From positions 62,001 through 126,000 of the forward strand of contig OZ025683.1 of assembly GCA_964019335.1 (NCBI GenBank): DNA of 64,000 bases. Direction: 5' to 3'. A program made the translations under genes and the position numbers. Under the pieces are notes generated by a model. That model was given only the letters and a program-made list of their open reading frames with translations, was not told the DNA's origin and searched no databases. The stretch comes from Diplonema japonicum (Eukaryota > Protista > Euglenozoa: Diplonemea). Of this stretch, positions 1-10,832 are shown piece by piece. Position 1 is the stretch's first letter; each line of letters starts with the position of its first letter.

Positions 1-524
1 CGCTGTCCCTGCCGCACGAGGTCTAGGAGGCCTCGCATCTTGACCACGGTGCTACGAGGGGACTTGTTGGTGGAGGAATACACCTCGCTGACATCTGACT
101 CGTTGTCAATGCTGCAATCGCGAACACTGTTGGTGCTGGTATTGGGGGGTTCGGGGACACTTTTTGTCGGTGCGATGGCCTTGTTGGCGATGTTAGCGCC
201 TATGGCCTCCATGTTCTTGTAGAATCGGACAAACTCGTCGAACCCTATGCAGCCATCACCGTCTTTGTCCAGCTGCTTCACGAACTCGTCCCTCTCTTCC
301 GAGTTCACGTCTGTGATGCCAAAGCTGTTGAACATCTCCTCCATCTCGTTGAGATCTATCCTGCCATCCCCGTTCACATCGTACCTAGCAAACGCCTTCC
401 TCAACTGCTGAACCCTCACAGGGGAGAGCTGGGTGCGTGTCAGGCTTCTTATGAGGGGGTTGCCCCGCGGGCTTATGGTGGGCTGCATCGATTCACTAGA
501 TCCAGAATTCCATGTTTGCATCAT
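1..524 (-). CDS. EF-hand calcium-binding protein (3' end runs off window)
   Basis: Manual translation from ATG 524: ...LRKAFARYDVNGDGRIDLNEM...FVKQLDKDGDGCIGFDEF, two canonical EF loops. Open to position 1. U-rich tract plus AG upstream. Confidence 0.85.
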   Translation of the reverse strand, partial: MMQTWNSGSSESMQPTISPRGNPLIRSLTRTQLSPVRVQQLRKAFARYDVNGDGRIDLNEMEEMFNSFGITDVNSEERDEFVKQLDKDGDGCIGFDEFVRFYKNMEAIGANIANKAIAPTKSVPEPPNTSTNSVRDCSIDNESDVSEVYSSTNKSPRSTVVKMRGLLDLVRQGQ

Positions 525-660
525 AGTTGTGCAGCGTCATCGTCACTTCCTAGGGAGGCTTGTGAAGGTGTACAAAAAAAAGAAAAAAAAAACTCGATCT
601 ATTTTCGCGGTGCACTGAATAGTGCCCACCGAAAAAAACGAGAAGGGGTTAAAGGTGTAA

Positions 661-1016
661 CTACATTCCTAGAGCCTTCTTCACAGCACCAACCTGGTCC
701 GCCGATAAACACCCTTTTTTCTGAAGTGTGTGTGTGTGGACTTTTTTTTTTTTTTTTTTTTTTCCTTTAATACCTGCATCCCGGACATAAAGCCGCCTGC
801 ATCGGCCATGCACTGTGCCATGTTGGGTTTACCGCCGCCTCCCCCAGCGGTCTGCCCTCCGAACCACCCCCCTCCACTGCCTCCTCCACCGCCTCCTGTT
901 TTAGGGGCTGCTGCTTTGGGGTCACCCCCACCACCCCCACCGCTTCCTACATCTTGCACGTCAACACCTGCACTCGGTGACGGTAGTGCACCATACATGA
1001 AATCGGTGGAAACCAT
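661..1016 (-). CDS. Small Gly-rich protein, 2 exons (intron 721-773)
   Basis: MVSTDFMYG...GGGG...GMQ, then a GT..AG intron, then KKGCLSADQVGAVKKALGM* in frame. Confidence 0.6.
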
Positions 1017-1140
1017 TTTGTGTAACTGGGAAGGGTGAAAGAGGGTTACTCTTACGGTGTAATTATAAAAAAAAAAAAAAAAAAAGAAGGGTACAATAAA
1101 TAAAAAAAAAAAAAAAAAAAAATGGAACAAGAAAAAGAAG

Positions 1141-1680
1141 TTACAAGTCACGAATCGTTTTCTCTAACATCAGCTGTTGGGTGTTCAGGATCTCAACACG
1201 GGAAAGCGCGCTCTTCTCCTGGTTCTCGACCTCCACACATTCTGCCTTCAAGTCTTTGTTCTTCTTTTTCAACCCCAACAGTTCGATTTTCACCAATCGT
1301 GCCTCCTCTCCGATGGACATGGGGTCCGCACTCACTCGTTTTGCCACTCTCTCCTCCTGCTGCCTTTCTACTTCTCTGTATGCGCCTACGAGTGCTTCCC
1401 GTTTTTCTTCTGAATTAGCTATCAGATCTTCCAGCTTCTCATTCTGTTTCACCACCAGTTCCATTTGGTCCTGCAGGTCATCTATCATTTTGACCAGTTT
1501 CGCCTGTGTTATCTTCTGCGCGTCTACCCGTTCCTTGTGCTGCTGGGTGGACTTCTTGATACCATCCAGCTGTGCGGCCTTCATTTCTATTTCATACGTA
1601 TGTTGCTTGTTGTTTGCCACCAGTTGGTTGTGGGCTCCCGCGGCTCCTTGTATCACTTTTTCGACAATTTCATCTTTCAT
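1141..1680 (-). CDS. Coiled-coil protein (5' boundary uncertain)
   Basis: MKDEIVEKVIQ...LEKTIRDL*, with a strong heptad E/K/Q/L composition. Confidence 0.55.
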   Translation of the reverse strand: MKDEIVEKVIQGAAGAHNQLVANNKQHTYEIEMKAAQLDGIKKSTQQHKERVDAQKITQAKLVKMIDDLQDQMELVVKQNEKLEDLIANSEEKREALVGAYREVERQQEERVAKRVSADPMSIGEEARLVKIELLGLKKKNKDLKAECVEVENQEKSALSRVEILNTQQLMLEKTIRDL

Positions 1681-1795
1681 TTCTTTTTTTTTTTTTGTGT
1701 TTTCTGGTATTACTAGGGGGGGGGGGGGGGGGGAAGAAGATAATAACCAAAAAAAAAGGTAGTAAATTTGTGTAAATATATCGGATGTAAATCTC

Positions 1796-2064
1796 CTATT
1801 TAAGAGCCAGTTTTGCCTTCTGCAGCCTCGCGCTGTCGATGACATTGTGTGCCTGTGTTGGGTGAGGAGGAGGAGGAAGGGGGGTGTGCGCCTTACCTGC
1901 TGGTATTCAAGCTGCGCACCAGCTTTTTGGTACGCGCCGTACATTTTTTTGTATTCAGCAGTCATGTGGTCAACCTGTGTGAGAATTCTTTTTCGTTTCC
2001 CCACCCTCCACCCCCCAGCACAATAACACACCTGGCTGTTAAAATTCTTTGTCATCTTGTCCAT
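1796..2064 (-). CDS. Short helical protein or gene piece, 3 exons (introns 1853-1896, 1975-2031)
   Basis: Splicing two GT-AG introns gives MDKMTKNFNSQVDHMTAEYKKMYGAYQKAGAQLEYQQAHNVIDSARLQKAKLALK*. Confidence 0.45.
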
Positions 2065-2219
2065 AATGAATGCAAAAAAATTTATGAAAAAAAAAATGTG
2101 TGGCACCCTGTGAAACTACGCAACATCCTAAATAAAAAAAACAAATGGAGGAAAAAAAAAATGGTATGGAATAGATCTACTGCACACAGGTTGGAAGGGG
2201 GGGGGGGGGGGGGGGTAAC

Positions 2220-3146
2220 CTATAAGGCCTTAGTGAACTCGTCCTCGACTGGGGGGGTGTCGAAGATGACCGGGCATATAAACAAGTGGTACATGTCTTG
2301 GAAAAGCTTCCGCTTCACACGCCTGCCTGTTTTACAAGATCTACTGGAGACGTTGGGGTAGTGGTTGACCTCAATGAGCACAGCATGCATGGAGGGTGTG
2401 AGGATGTAGTCGATCCCGAAGAGGTGGTACCGCGTGCAGTCCTTCGCGGCGTTGAGGTGTGTTGAGTAAACCTTGAAAAGCCTCCGTGTGGAGTCCACCA
2501 CCGCACGGAACGCCTCTTCATAGAACGGAAGCGAAGTGAAAGGAACACGCGAACAGCCATTGTGGTCCACATGAACTTCTTGGTCCACATTATCCAAGCT
2601 GTCATCGAATTCTTTCTTGTGGATGATACCCAATCCCTCATTATAGACCCATATATTCCTCTCTGGTGTCATAACTACGTACGCTCGAAGAGTCCATTTC
2701 CTGCCGTCTATGAGATGGCAGTCCACGCCTCTTTGGAGGACCCACTCCCGTTCTTTCGTTGCTTGACTCCACTCTTCTAACATGTTAGCCAGGCTACCGC
2801 AAAATACGTCCTTTCCGCCTGCAGTGTGCGCTTTTTTAAGGAACCACACGTGTGGTGTTTCTTCTGTTTGTGGAGCATCTTTAAGAGCAAGGTATGTTTC
2901 GGGAACCATGTCTTCTATGTTGTCCCTGCAGTGCTGCCATAAGTGCCGTTTGTTGTCTATTCTCGACAGCTCTGTTTTGAGCAGCGGTTGGAGCCTCGCG
3001 TGCTCGGGGGGAGGGACGAAAGGCTTGCTTCTCACATCCCACATCACGAAGTCTGGTTCCTCGTCGCAGTCCACACAGCAGTCCCACCCTTCCTCCGCGA
3101 GAACATTTTCAAGAAGCTTGCTTCTGTTAACCAGAAAGCGTGGCAT
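2220..3146 (-). CDS. Tubulin-tyrosine ligase (TTL/TTLL) family ATP-grasp protein
   Basis: Motifs DNKRHL, VPETY, WFLKK, WVLQR, LIDGRKWTLRAYV, FGIDY, LIEVNHYP. Confidence 0.85.
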   Translation of the reverse strand: MPRFLVNRSKLLENVLAEEGWDCCVDCDEEPDFVMWDVRSKPFVPPPEHARLQPLLKTELSRIDNKRHLWQHCRDNIEDMVPETYLALKDAPQTEETPHVWFLKKAHTAGGKDVFCGSLANMLEEWSQATKEREWVLQRGVDCHLIDGRKWTLRAYVVMTPERNIWVYNEGLGIIHKKEFDDSLDNVDQEVHVDHNGCSRVPFTSLPFYEEAFRAVVDSTRRLFKVYSTHLNAAKDCTRYHLFGIDYILTPSMHAVLIEVNHYPNVSSRSCKTGRRVKRKLFQDMYHLFICPVIFDTPPVEDEFTKAL

Positions 3147-3567
3147 CTCGTATAGTCTCCTATGGCTGAGTGCGCGACATAATATTGAAAAATAAGCAAA
3201 AACACAATATACTTCTATCGAGGTAATACCTTTTATTATTATTATTTTTTTTTTTTTCCATTCAAAAAGAGAGAGTAGCATTCACTATTGATGGAAGCCA
3301 GCAAACAACGCCAGCTACCACCTAGAGTACGCGTAGTGGGGAAACGGGAGGAGGGGGGGTGGTGTCGGTCATTTTACTTCGAAGTAAACGGTACCATCCT
3401 AACAAGTGGTGGGATGTCTGCTTCTTTGGCAGCGGGGTGAAATAAATGGGGTTTTTTTGTGAATGTAAAATGGCTTGAATCTACGTGGTTTGTTGCACCG
3501 CCAACATCGAGAAACGGGCATGATAGATGTGATTTCAAATTTTACTTCCGCTTGTATCTGAGACACG

Positions 3568-3637
3568 CATCCTGATTTAGACTTCAATCTATGACAGCAA
3601 GACTGCCAGTCAGGAGTGCTAGTACTCTAGTTAGCAC
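3568..3637 (-). promoter_or_regulatory. Putative structured 3'UTR element of family copy 1
   Basis: Stems TCCTGA/TCAGGA and TGGCAG/CTGTCA, plus hairpin TAGA-TTGAAG-TCTA. Homologues lie downstream of copies 2, 3 and 6. Confidence 0.55.
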
Positions 3638-3772
3638 AGCCAACTCTGGGAAGAAAAAATTGAAAGTTGTGGTTCGTTGTATTCTACTTCAAAATTTTAT
3701 GTGGGAAGGAGAACATTTTTTTTTGAGAATTGAGGTCAGCACTCCTACTAGACCTATGATTTAGTTTGGTTC

Positions 3773-4771
3773 TTACCTGGCCATGGAGTTGGCGGGGATG
3801 AACCTGTCCTCAGAGGGGTCGTGCGGGCACACATCGCACTTGTCCTGAACCGTCCAGGGACCGTGGGGCTTGTGGGGTTTCGGGCACAGGTCCCTCTCGC
3901 ACTCCCCGTTGTTCCAAGAGCACTCACCAGGGGACGAGTTCCAGCAGAGGTCCTCCGCCTTGTAGGCCCCACAGTAGGTGGTGGCGGGAGAGAAGGCGAA
4001 GAAGGTGAACTCCATGAGCTCAGGGGCCTTGATGACGTCCTTGTTCCCCTGAAGGGTCTGCTTGTGGAACACGATCAGGTTGTGGTGGTGGCTCTCAACG
4101 AAGACATCGAGGTCCATGTACGTCCCACAGCGGAAGGGCTTGAACCCCTTCGAGAGGAGGATGGCCTGGATGTTCCCACCGTCAGCGTGCTCGCAGGGCT
4201 TGCACTGGTAGATCACCACGAAGTGGTCGCAGTAGCCACCAGCCCCTCCCTGTCCGGCAGAGCACCCCATGTGCATCTCGTAGCCTTCCTTCGTCCTCAC
4301 AGACGGGACCTGGGCGTGCCTCCCAAGCATGGTGGGGGGGAAGTTGTAGAATCCAGAGTCGTACATGTCGTCGAAGCCGATCATGTCCTCTGCGATACGG
4401 GTGGTCCTCGTGCTGCTGGAGGGAGCGCTGGGGTTGGGGTTGATCTGGTTGGCGTTGACAGTTTTCGGTTCCATGCACTTGTCGCTCGCCGTCATGGGTG
4501 CAGGGGGAACACCGTTGCCGCAGTCAACCCAGCAGGCACCTGCCTGCACAGTCGTGGCATCCCAGTCTCCGCACACCGTCACCCCGTTCACCACAGTCAT
4601 CTTGTTGCTCGGGATGCACTGGTCGGCGCAACCGGTGCTCACCCTCGCGACCCCATTCTTCCTGTCCTCCACCATCTTGTGCTCAACGAAGCTGTGCTTG
4701 GCATCGGAGTTCGATCCCACAGCAGACCCCACGAGGGCCAGCACAACAGCCATCTTGCTCATCGTCATCAT
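3773..4771 (-). CDS. Secreted Cys-rich multigene family protein, copy 1
   Basis: Signal peptide (MAVVLALVGSAVG), Cys-rich N domain, conserved core INPxPSAP...DSGFYNFPPTM...ELMEFTFFAFSP, Cys-rich C tail. Intronless. Confidence 0.9.
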   Translation of the reverse strand: MMTMSKMAVVLALVGSAVGSNSDAKHSFVEHKMVEDRKNGVARVSTGCADQCIPSNKMTVVNGVTVCGDWDATTVQAGACWVDCGNGVPPAPMTASDKCMEPKTVNANQINPNPSAPSSSTRTTRIAEDMIGFDDMYDSGFYNFPPTMLGRHAQVPSVRTKEGYEMHMGCSAGQGGAGGYCDHFVVIYQCKPCEHADGGNIQAILLSKGFKPFRCGTYMDLDVFVESHHHNLIVFHKQTLQGNKDVIKAPELMEFTFFAFSPATTYCGAYKAEDLCWNSSPGECSWNNGECERDLCPKPHKPHGPWTVQDKCDVCPHDPSEDRFIPANSMAR

Positions 4772-5016
4772 TTTTTGATTTCTGGGTTATTTCCTGTGAT
4801 ACACTTGCTTATCTATGACTACTGGTCCTGAAACAATAGCAAGAAATAAAAAGGAAATCCTGAGAATCAAAATCTTTGAAACACCAGGTCCACAGTGGAT
4901 AATGCGTGGAAGGAGGGTGTTCAAGATAGGGTGGTAAAAGGAGGTGAGTCTAAAAAGCAAAAAAAAAACCATAGAAAGATGGATGTCACTGCTTACGGGA
5001 GAGTATTCTTAGCCAT

Positions 5017-5090
5017 CATCCTGACTTTAGAGTTCAATCTATGACAGCAAAAAAAGGCTGTCAAGTCAGGAGGCCGCCTCTTCAGGCGGC
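5017..5090 (-). promoter_or_regulatory. Putative structured 3'UTR element of family copy 2
   Basis: GCCGCCT/AGGCGGC hairpin, TCCTGACT/AGTCAGGA, TGACAGC/GCTGTCA, TAGA-TTGAAC-TCTA. Confidence 0.55.
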
Positions 5091-5280
5091 ATAGACAAGT
5101 GTCGCAGCAAAGGAACCGGGATTTGTCGTTCCCGCTCCTAATAATAAGAAGGAGAAAGAAAAAAAAAACAAAGAGCGAATGAAAGTTGGAGATGAACAGG
5201 ATTTGTTTTCGATTCTTCAACATAGAAACAAATCACTGCTTCGTTTCAACCCTAGAAGTTGAGGATAGTTTTACTTGCTT

Positions 5281-6279
5281 CTACCTGGCCATGGAGATGG
5301 CGGGGATGAACCTGTCCTCAGAGGGGTCGTGCGGGCAAACACGGCACTTGTCCTGAACCTTCCAGGGACCGTGGGGCTTGTGGGGTTTCGGGCACAGGTC
5401 CCTCTCGCACTCCCCGTTGTTCCAAGAGCACTCACCAGGGGACGAGTTCCAGCAGAGGTCCTCCGCCGTGTAGGCCCCACAGTAGGTGGTGGCGGGAGAG
5501 AAGGCGAAGAAGGTGAACTCCATGAGCTCAGGGGCCTTGATGATGTCCTTGTTCCCCTGAAGGGTCTGCTTGTGGAACACGATCAGGTTGTGGTGGTGGC
5601 TCTCAACGAAGACATCGAGGTCCATGTACGTCCCACAGCGGAAGGGCTTGAACCCCTTCGAGAGGAGGATGGCCTGGATGTTCCCACCGTCAGCGTGCTC
5701 ACAGGGCTTGCACTGGTAGATCACCACGAAGTGGTCGCAGTAGCCACCAGCCCCTCCCTGTCCGGCAGAGCACCCCATGTGCATCTCGTAGCCTTCCTTC
5801 GTCCTCACAGACGGGACCTGGGCGTGCCTCCCAAGCATGGTGGGGGGGAAGTTGTAGAATCCAGAGTCGTACATGTCGTCGAAGCCGATCATGTCCTCTG
5901 CGATACGGGTGGTCCTCGTGCTGCTGGAGGGAGCGCTGGGGTTGGGGTTGATCTGGTTGGCGTTGACAGTTTTCGGTTCCATGCACTTGTCGCTCGCCGT
6001 CATGGGTGCAGGGGGAACACCGTTGCCGCAGTCAACCCAGCAGGCACCTGCCTGCACAGTCGTGGCATCCCAGTCTCCGCACACCGTCACCCCGTTCACC
6101 ACAGTCATCTTGTTGCTCGGGATGCACTGGTCGGCGCAACCGGTGCTCACCCTCGCGACCCCATTCTTCCTGTCCTCCACCATCTTGTGCTCAACGAAGC
6201 TGTGCTTGGCATCGGAGTTCGATCCCACAGCAGACCCCACGAGGGCCAGCACAACAGCCATCTTGCTCATCGTCATCAT
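5281..6279 (-). CDS. Secreted Cys-rich family, copy 2
   Basis: 332 aa; only a handful of C-terminal substitutions versus copy 1. Confidence 0.9.
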   Translation of the reverse strand: MMTMSKMAVVLALVGSAVGSNSDAKHSFVEHKMVEDRKNGVARVSTGCADQCIPSNKMTVVNGVTVCGDWDATTVQAGACWVDCGNGVPPAPMTASDKCMEPKTVNANQINPNPSAPSSSTRTTRIAEDMIGFDDMYDSGFYNFPPTMLGRHAQVPSVRTKEGYEMHMGCSAGQGGAGGYCDHFVVIYQCKPCEHADGGNIQAILLSKGFKPFRCGTYMDLDVFVESHHHNLIVFHKQTLQGNKDIIKAPELMEFTFFAFSPATTYCGAYTAEDLCWNSSPGECSWNNGECERDLCPKPHKPHGPWKVQDKCRVCPHDPSEDRFIPAISMAR

Positions 6280-6842
6280 TTTTTGATTTCTGGGTTGGGA
6301 ATTTCCTGTGATAGGTGTGCGAAAGCTAACATGGAGCTATGTGATGCATAAGATTTAAACAAAATAAAAAGAATTTTCGAAACACCCGTCCTACCCCCGC
6401 ATGTGTATGAAGCGCGGGGTGCGGAGGGTGTTCAAGTCAGGGAGGGTGGTAATGGAAATGAAAGAAATAACGATGACGAGAAGTGCAAGCAACACCCATC
6501 AAAGAGAAACTAAGACAAAAGGTGACACCTCGACAGCAAACGGACCATCTTTAATCAAGTGGTAAGTTTGTCTACAAAGGAAAGAGAGTGGGGTGGGAAA
6601 GGCGGTGCTCTGCCCCAATGTCACTTACGTGCACGAGGGAGTTAGAAGATGTGAACTTAGTAAATTTAGTATTCTTTTTTTTTTTTTTTTCGTTTGCTGC
6701 GGATTTTGGCATTCAATCAGATTTCAATCTATGATGGCAAAGCCAGTTTCCCCAAACTCAAACAATTTCCTTAGAGGAGGAGTTTTTGGAGGTTCTTGTT
6801 AGTTCGTTGATTTTATCGAGGCGTGGTGGTGGTGCCGTCCTT

Positions 6843-7853
6843 TTACCTGGCCATGGAGTTGGCGGGGATGAACCTGTCCTCAGAGGGGTCGTGCGGGCAA
6901 ACACGGCACTTGTCCTGAACCTTCCAGGGACCGCGGGGCTTGTGGGGTTTCGGGCACAGGTCCCTCTCGCACTCCCCGTTGTTCCAAGAGCACTCACCAG
7001 GGGACGAGTTCCAGCAGAGGTCCTCCGCCTTGTAAGCCCCACAGTGGGTGGTGGCGGGAGAGAAGGCGAAGAAGGTGAACTCCATGAGCTCAGGGGCCTT
7101 GATGACGTCCTTGTTCCCCTGAAGGGTCTGCTTGTGGAACACGATCAGGTTGTGGTGGTGGCTCTCAACGAAGACATCGAGGTCCATGTACGTCCCACAG
7201 CGGAAGGGCTTGAACCCCTTCGAGAGGAGGATGGCCTGGATGTTCCCACCGTCAGCGTGCTCGCAGGGCTTGCACTGGTAGATCACCACGAAGTGGTCGC
7301 AGTAGCCACCAGCCCCTCCCTGTCCGGCAGAGCAACCCATGTGCATTTCGTAGCCTGCCTTCGTCCTCACGGTCGGGACCTGAGCGTACCTCCCAAGCAT
7401 GGTGGGGGGGAAGTTGTAGAATCCAGAGTCCCACATGTCGTTGAAGCCAACCATCCCCTCCAGAATGCGGGTGGTCCTCGTGCTGCTCGTGGGAGCAGAA
7501 GGGGCCGGGTTGATCTCTTGGGCGCTGACCTTGCCGAGGTCCAGCTCCACGATATCGCACTTGTCGCTCGCCGTCATGGGCGCAGGAGGTGCATTACCGT
7601 TGCAGTCGATCCAGCAGGAGCCTGTGTGCACCTCCTTCTCGTCCCACACCCCGCACACCGTCACCCCATTCACGACCGTCGTACTCGGGACGCACTGCAG
7701 GTCGCACGGGCCGCTCCCCACAATCACCTTCTTCGTCAACTTGTCCTCCACCATCGTCCTCACAGCATAGCTGTAACTTGGGTCGTTCACCGACACACCC
7801 ACAGCTGACCCCACGAGGGACAACACAACAGCCATCTTGCTCATCGTCATCAT
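6843..7853 (-). CDS. Secreted Cys-rich family, copy 3
   Basis: Start MMTMSKMAVVLSLVG; diverged N domain; near-identical core and tail. Confidence 0.9.
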   Translation of the reverse strand: MMTMSKMAVVLSLVGSAVGVSVNDPSYSYAVRTMVEDKLTKKVIVGSGPCDLQCVPSTTVVNGVTVCGVWDEKEVHTGSCWIDCNGNAPPAPMTASDKCDIVELDLGKVSAQEINPAPSAPTSSTRTTRILEGMVGFNDMWDSGFYNFPPTMLGRYAQVPTVRTKAGYEMHMGCSAGQGGAGGYCDHFVVIYQCKPCEHADGGNIQAILLSKGFKPFRCGTYMDLDVFVESHHHNLIVFHKQTLQGNKDVIKAPELMEFTFFAFSPATTHCGAYKAEDLCWNSSPGECSWNNGECERDLCPKPHKPRGPWKVQDKCRVCPHDPSEDRFIPANSMAR

Positions 7854-8231
7854 CTTTTCGACTAGGTTATAATCCTGTAATAGAGATAACAGCGCATGGC
7901 AAGAAACATGGCAAATAAACCAAGTGAGGTAGGGGTCGTGTGAACGAAGGAAAAAAAACAATTTCTTGCAGCAAAGTCCTTTCCAAAAGGCAGCCCTTTT
8001 TACAGAAACAGGAAACAAGAGGAGAGAAAAGGGATTTTTAAACAAAAATCGAAGAACGTTGAAAACATCGCTATTAATAGCAACAACCAGAGGAGCAAGA
8101 TGAGCAGTGTATATGGATTGAACCCTTTCGAAGACGCGGCGATGACTGCCGCATCACATCGAAGGGAAGGGAGGGTGGAAGGGTAAAAGAAGAGAGATGC
8201 ATATAGCTGACCAGAAGACGCAGGAAAGACA

Positions 8232-9173
8232 TCAAAGGATCTCCGGAAGTAACTCAAGCTCAGACGGATCGTACGGACACACAGTGCATGCATTCGGGGT
8301 GCTCCAAGGGCCACTAGGCCTGCGGCGGTTGGGGCACAGGTGGTATTGACATCCCTCCTTGTTCCAAATGCATTCACCAGTGCCAACACAATCTTGCTCC
8401 ACCGTGTAGGCCCCACAGTGGGTGGTGGCTGGAGAGAAAGCAAAGAAGGTGAACTCCATGAGCTCAGGGGCCTTGATGATGTCCTTGTTCCCCTGAAGGG
8501 TCTGCTTGTGGTACACGATGAGCTTGTGCTTGTGACTGGGCAGTAAGACGTCGAAGTCCATCACTGTCCCACAGTGAAAGGGCTTGAACCCCTTCGAGAG
8601 GAGGATAGCATGGATGTTCCCACCGTCAGCGTACTCACAGGGAGGACAGCTGTAAGCCATCACGAAATGGTCGCAGTAGCCACCAGCCCCTCCCTGTCCG
8701 GCAGAGCACCCCATGTGCATCTCGTAGCCTGCCTTCGTCCTCACAGACGGGACCTGGGCGTACCTCATATGCATGGTGGGGGGGAAGTTGTAGAATCCAG
8801 AGTCCAGCACATCGTTAAACCCCCACATCCCTTCCAGAATGCGGGTGATCCTTGTGCTCCCAGAAGGGGCAGAGGGCGAAGGGTTGATAGTATTTCCCGA
8901 CACTGTTTTGATTTCGCTCACCATGCACTTCTCCACTCCAACAGATGGTACCCCGCACCCCTCCACGTAGCACCTCTTCCCGCTTAATGAGCACCCCACT
9001 GTCTTCTTCTCTAGACCTACCCAAACAACTTCAGTCTGCCAAAGCCCTACACACGACCCCTTGCACGGGTTGGTGTCCCTTACGTCTAAGGTAACGACAC
9101 CAACAGCAGAAGCCGCTCCCACAAGGGCCAGCCCACCCACAAGGGCCAGCAGCACAAGTATCCTGCTCTGCAT
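8232..9173 (-). CDS. Secreted Cys-rich family, copy 4
   Basis: Signal peptide MQSRILVLLALVGG; distinct N domain and tail; conserved core. Confidence 0.88.
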   Translation of the reverse strand: MQSRILVLLALVGGLALVGAASAVGVVTLDVRDTNPCKGSCVGLWQTEVVWVGLEKKTVGCSLSGKRCYVEGCGVPSVGVEKCMVSEIKTVSGNTINPSPSAPSGSTRITRILEGMWGFNDVLDSGFYNFPPTMHMRYAQVPSVRTKAGYEMHMGCSAGQGGAGGYCDHFVMAYSCPPCEYADGGNIHAILLSKGFKPFHCGTVMDFDVLLPSHKHKLIVYHKQTLQGNKDIIKAPELMEFTFFAFSPATTHCGAYTVEQDCVGTGECIWNKEGCQYHLCPNRRRPSGPWSTPNACTVCPYDPSELELLPEIL

Positions 9174-9896
9174 GTATGCTTTATATAAACTACATGATGG
9201 GTGGCACAGCACGATTATGCAAATGAGCGAGTAAAGAAAATAGTAAGAGATGTTGACAAGCGAAAGGTGAATGAGACACCTTGCTTCAAAAAGAAAAGGC
9301 GGTGGCAACGTATACGCAGCAAAGCAAGAGAGATACAGAGTTTATTCACTCCTCGTTTTCTTTTCTCCTTTTCTTCTTTTTTTTTTTTCTTTTTTCTTTT
9401 TTTTACACGTGCCTGCCTAGACGAGAGGAGAAGAAGAGAGGAAAGAAAATAGGCAAGAGAGAGAATAGAAAGGTGAAGAAAGGAAAGACATGCTAGGTTT
9501 ACTTGAAAGGCTTGAATCTGTAACAGCCAGAAAGAAAGAAAAAGGGTAAAAAGTGTGTAGAATTGTGACAGATTTCTCCATAAGTTATAGATACAGACAA
9601 TTGGAAACAAAACGCCAACTACGCAAGTTTTCAGAAGATTCTGTAGTTGCATCGTGCTCTTAACACAAAGTGAACATTCAGTGGACAGGGCCTGTGCAGT
9701 GAAGAATTCAATTCATTCATTTTACGTAAGAGGGACCAGTGCACAGTGTATCAGAGCATGCAAAGAGATAATTAACATTCCAAAGTGACTATTAGCTTCC
9801 TCTGGCGGGCAGGGCATGTCCCTCCGTAAGAGGAAAGAAAAAAAAGAATACTTCCAAAAGAAGAACAAAACATCAACAACGTACATTGCTTGCAGC

Positions 9897-10832
9897 TCAG
9901 TTCTTGATATCCGGAACAAACCTGCGTTCCGAGGGGTCCCTCGGGCACACGGTGCATGTGTTTGGACTGCTCCAAGGGCCCCTAGGCCTGTAGGGCTTCG
10001 GACAAAGGTGGTGCTGACACTCTCCTTTGTTCCAAGAACACTCCCCTGTTGCCAAACATTCTTGTTCCTTTGTGTAAGCCCCACAGTAGGTGGTGGCGGG
10101 AGAGAAGGCGAAGAAGGTGAACTCCATGAGCTCAGGGGCCTTGATGATGTCCCTGTTCCCCTGAAGGGTCTGCTTGTGGTACACGATCAGGTTGTGGTGG
10201 TGGCTCTCAATATTCACGTCGAAGTCCATCACTGTCCCGCAGCGGAAAGGACGGAACCCTAGAGCGAGGAGGATAGCATGGATGTTCCCACCGTCAGCGT
10301 ACTCACAGGGAGGACAGCTGTAAGCCATCACGAAATGGTCGCAGTAGCCACCAGCCCCTCCCTGTCCGGCAGAGCACCCCATGTGCATCTCGTAGCCTGC
10401 CTTCGTCCTCACGGTCGGGACCTGGGCGTACCTCCCAAGCATGGTGGGGGGGAAGTTGTAGAATCCAGAGTCGTACATGTCGTTAAACCCCCACATCCCT
10501 TCCAGAATGCGGGTGATCCTTGTGCTCCCAGAAGGGGCAGAGGGGGCCGGGTTGATCGCTCTCCCCGACACTACCTTTGCCTCGCTCACCGTGCACTTCT
10601 TTTCCCCAGCTGATGGCAACCTACACCCTTCCACATAGCACTTCTCTTTGCTTTTCGAGCACCCTACCGTCTTCTCCCCATCCTTCTCTGTCTCCCACAG
10701 TCCCACACACATCCCTTTGCAATGGTCCACATTACCCACCTCCAGCGTCACAACAGGGAATGAAGAGGGAGATGCTTCACCCGAAACAACCCCCACTAGG
10801 GCTAGCAGCAATGACAGACTGCTTGGAGTCAT
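9897..10832 (-). CDS. Secreted Cys-rich family, copy 5
   Basis: Signal peptide MTPSSLSLLLALVGVVSG; N domain related to copy 4; conserved core. Confidence 0.88.
   Translation of the reverse strand: MTPSSLSLLLALVGVVSGEASPSSFPVVTLEVGNVDHCKGMCVGLWETEKDGEKTVGCSKSKEKCYVEGCRLPSAGEKKCTVSEAKVVSGRAINPAPSAPSGSTRITRILEGMWGFNDMYDSGFYNFPPTMLGRYAQVPTVRTKAGYEMHMGCSAGQGGAGGYCDHFVMAYSCPPCEYADGGNIHAILLALGFRPFRCGTVMDFDVNIESHHHNLIVYHKQTLQGNRDIIKAPELMEFTFFAFSPATTYCGAYTKEQECLATGECSWNKGECQHHLCPKPYRPRGPWSSPNTCTVCPRDPSERRFVPDIKN

Noticed and set aside
3568-5090. 3'UTR structure as a hammerhead ribozyme, SECIS or tRNA
   Set aside because: No CUGANGA/GAAA core, no AUGA/GA quartet or in-frame UGA in the genes, and no cloverleaf.
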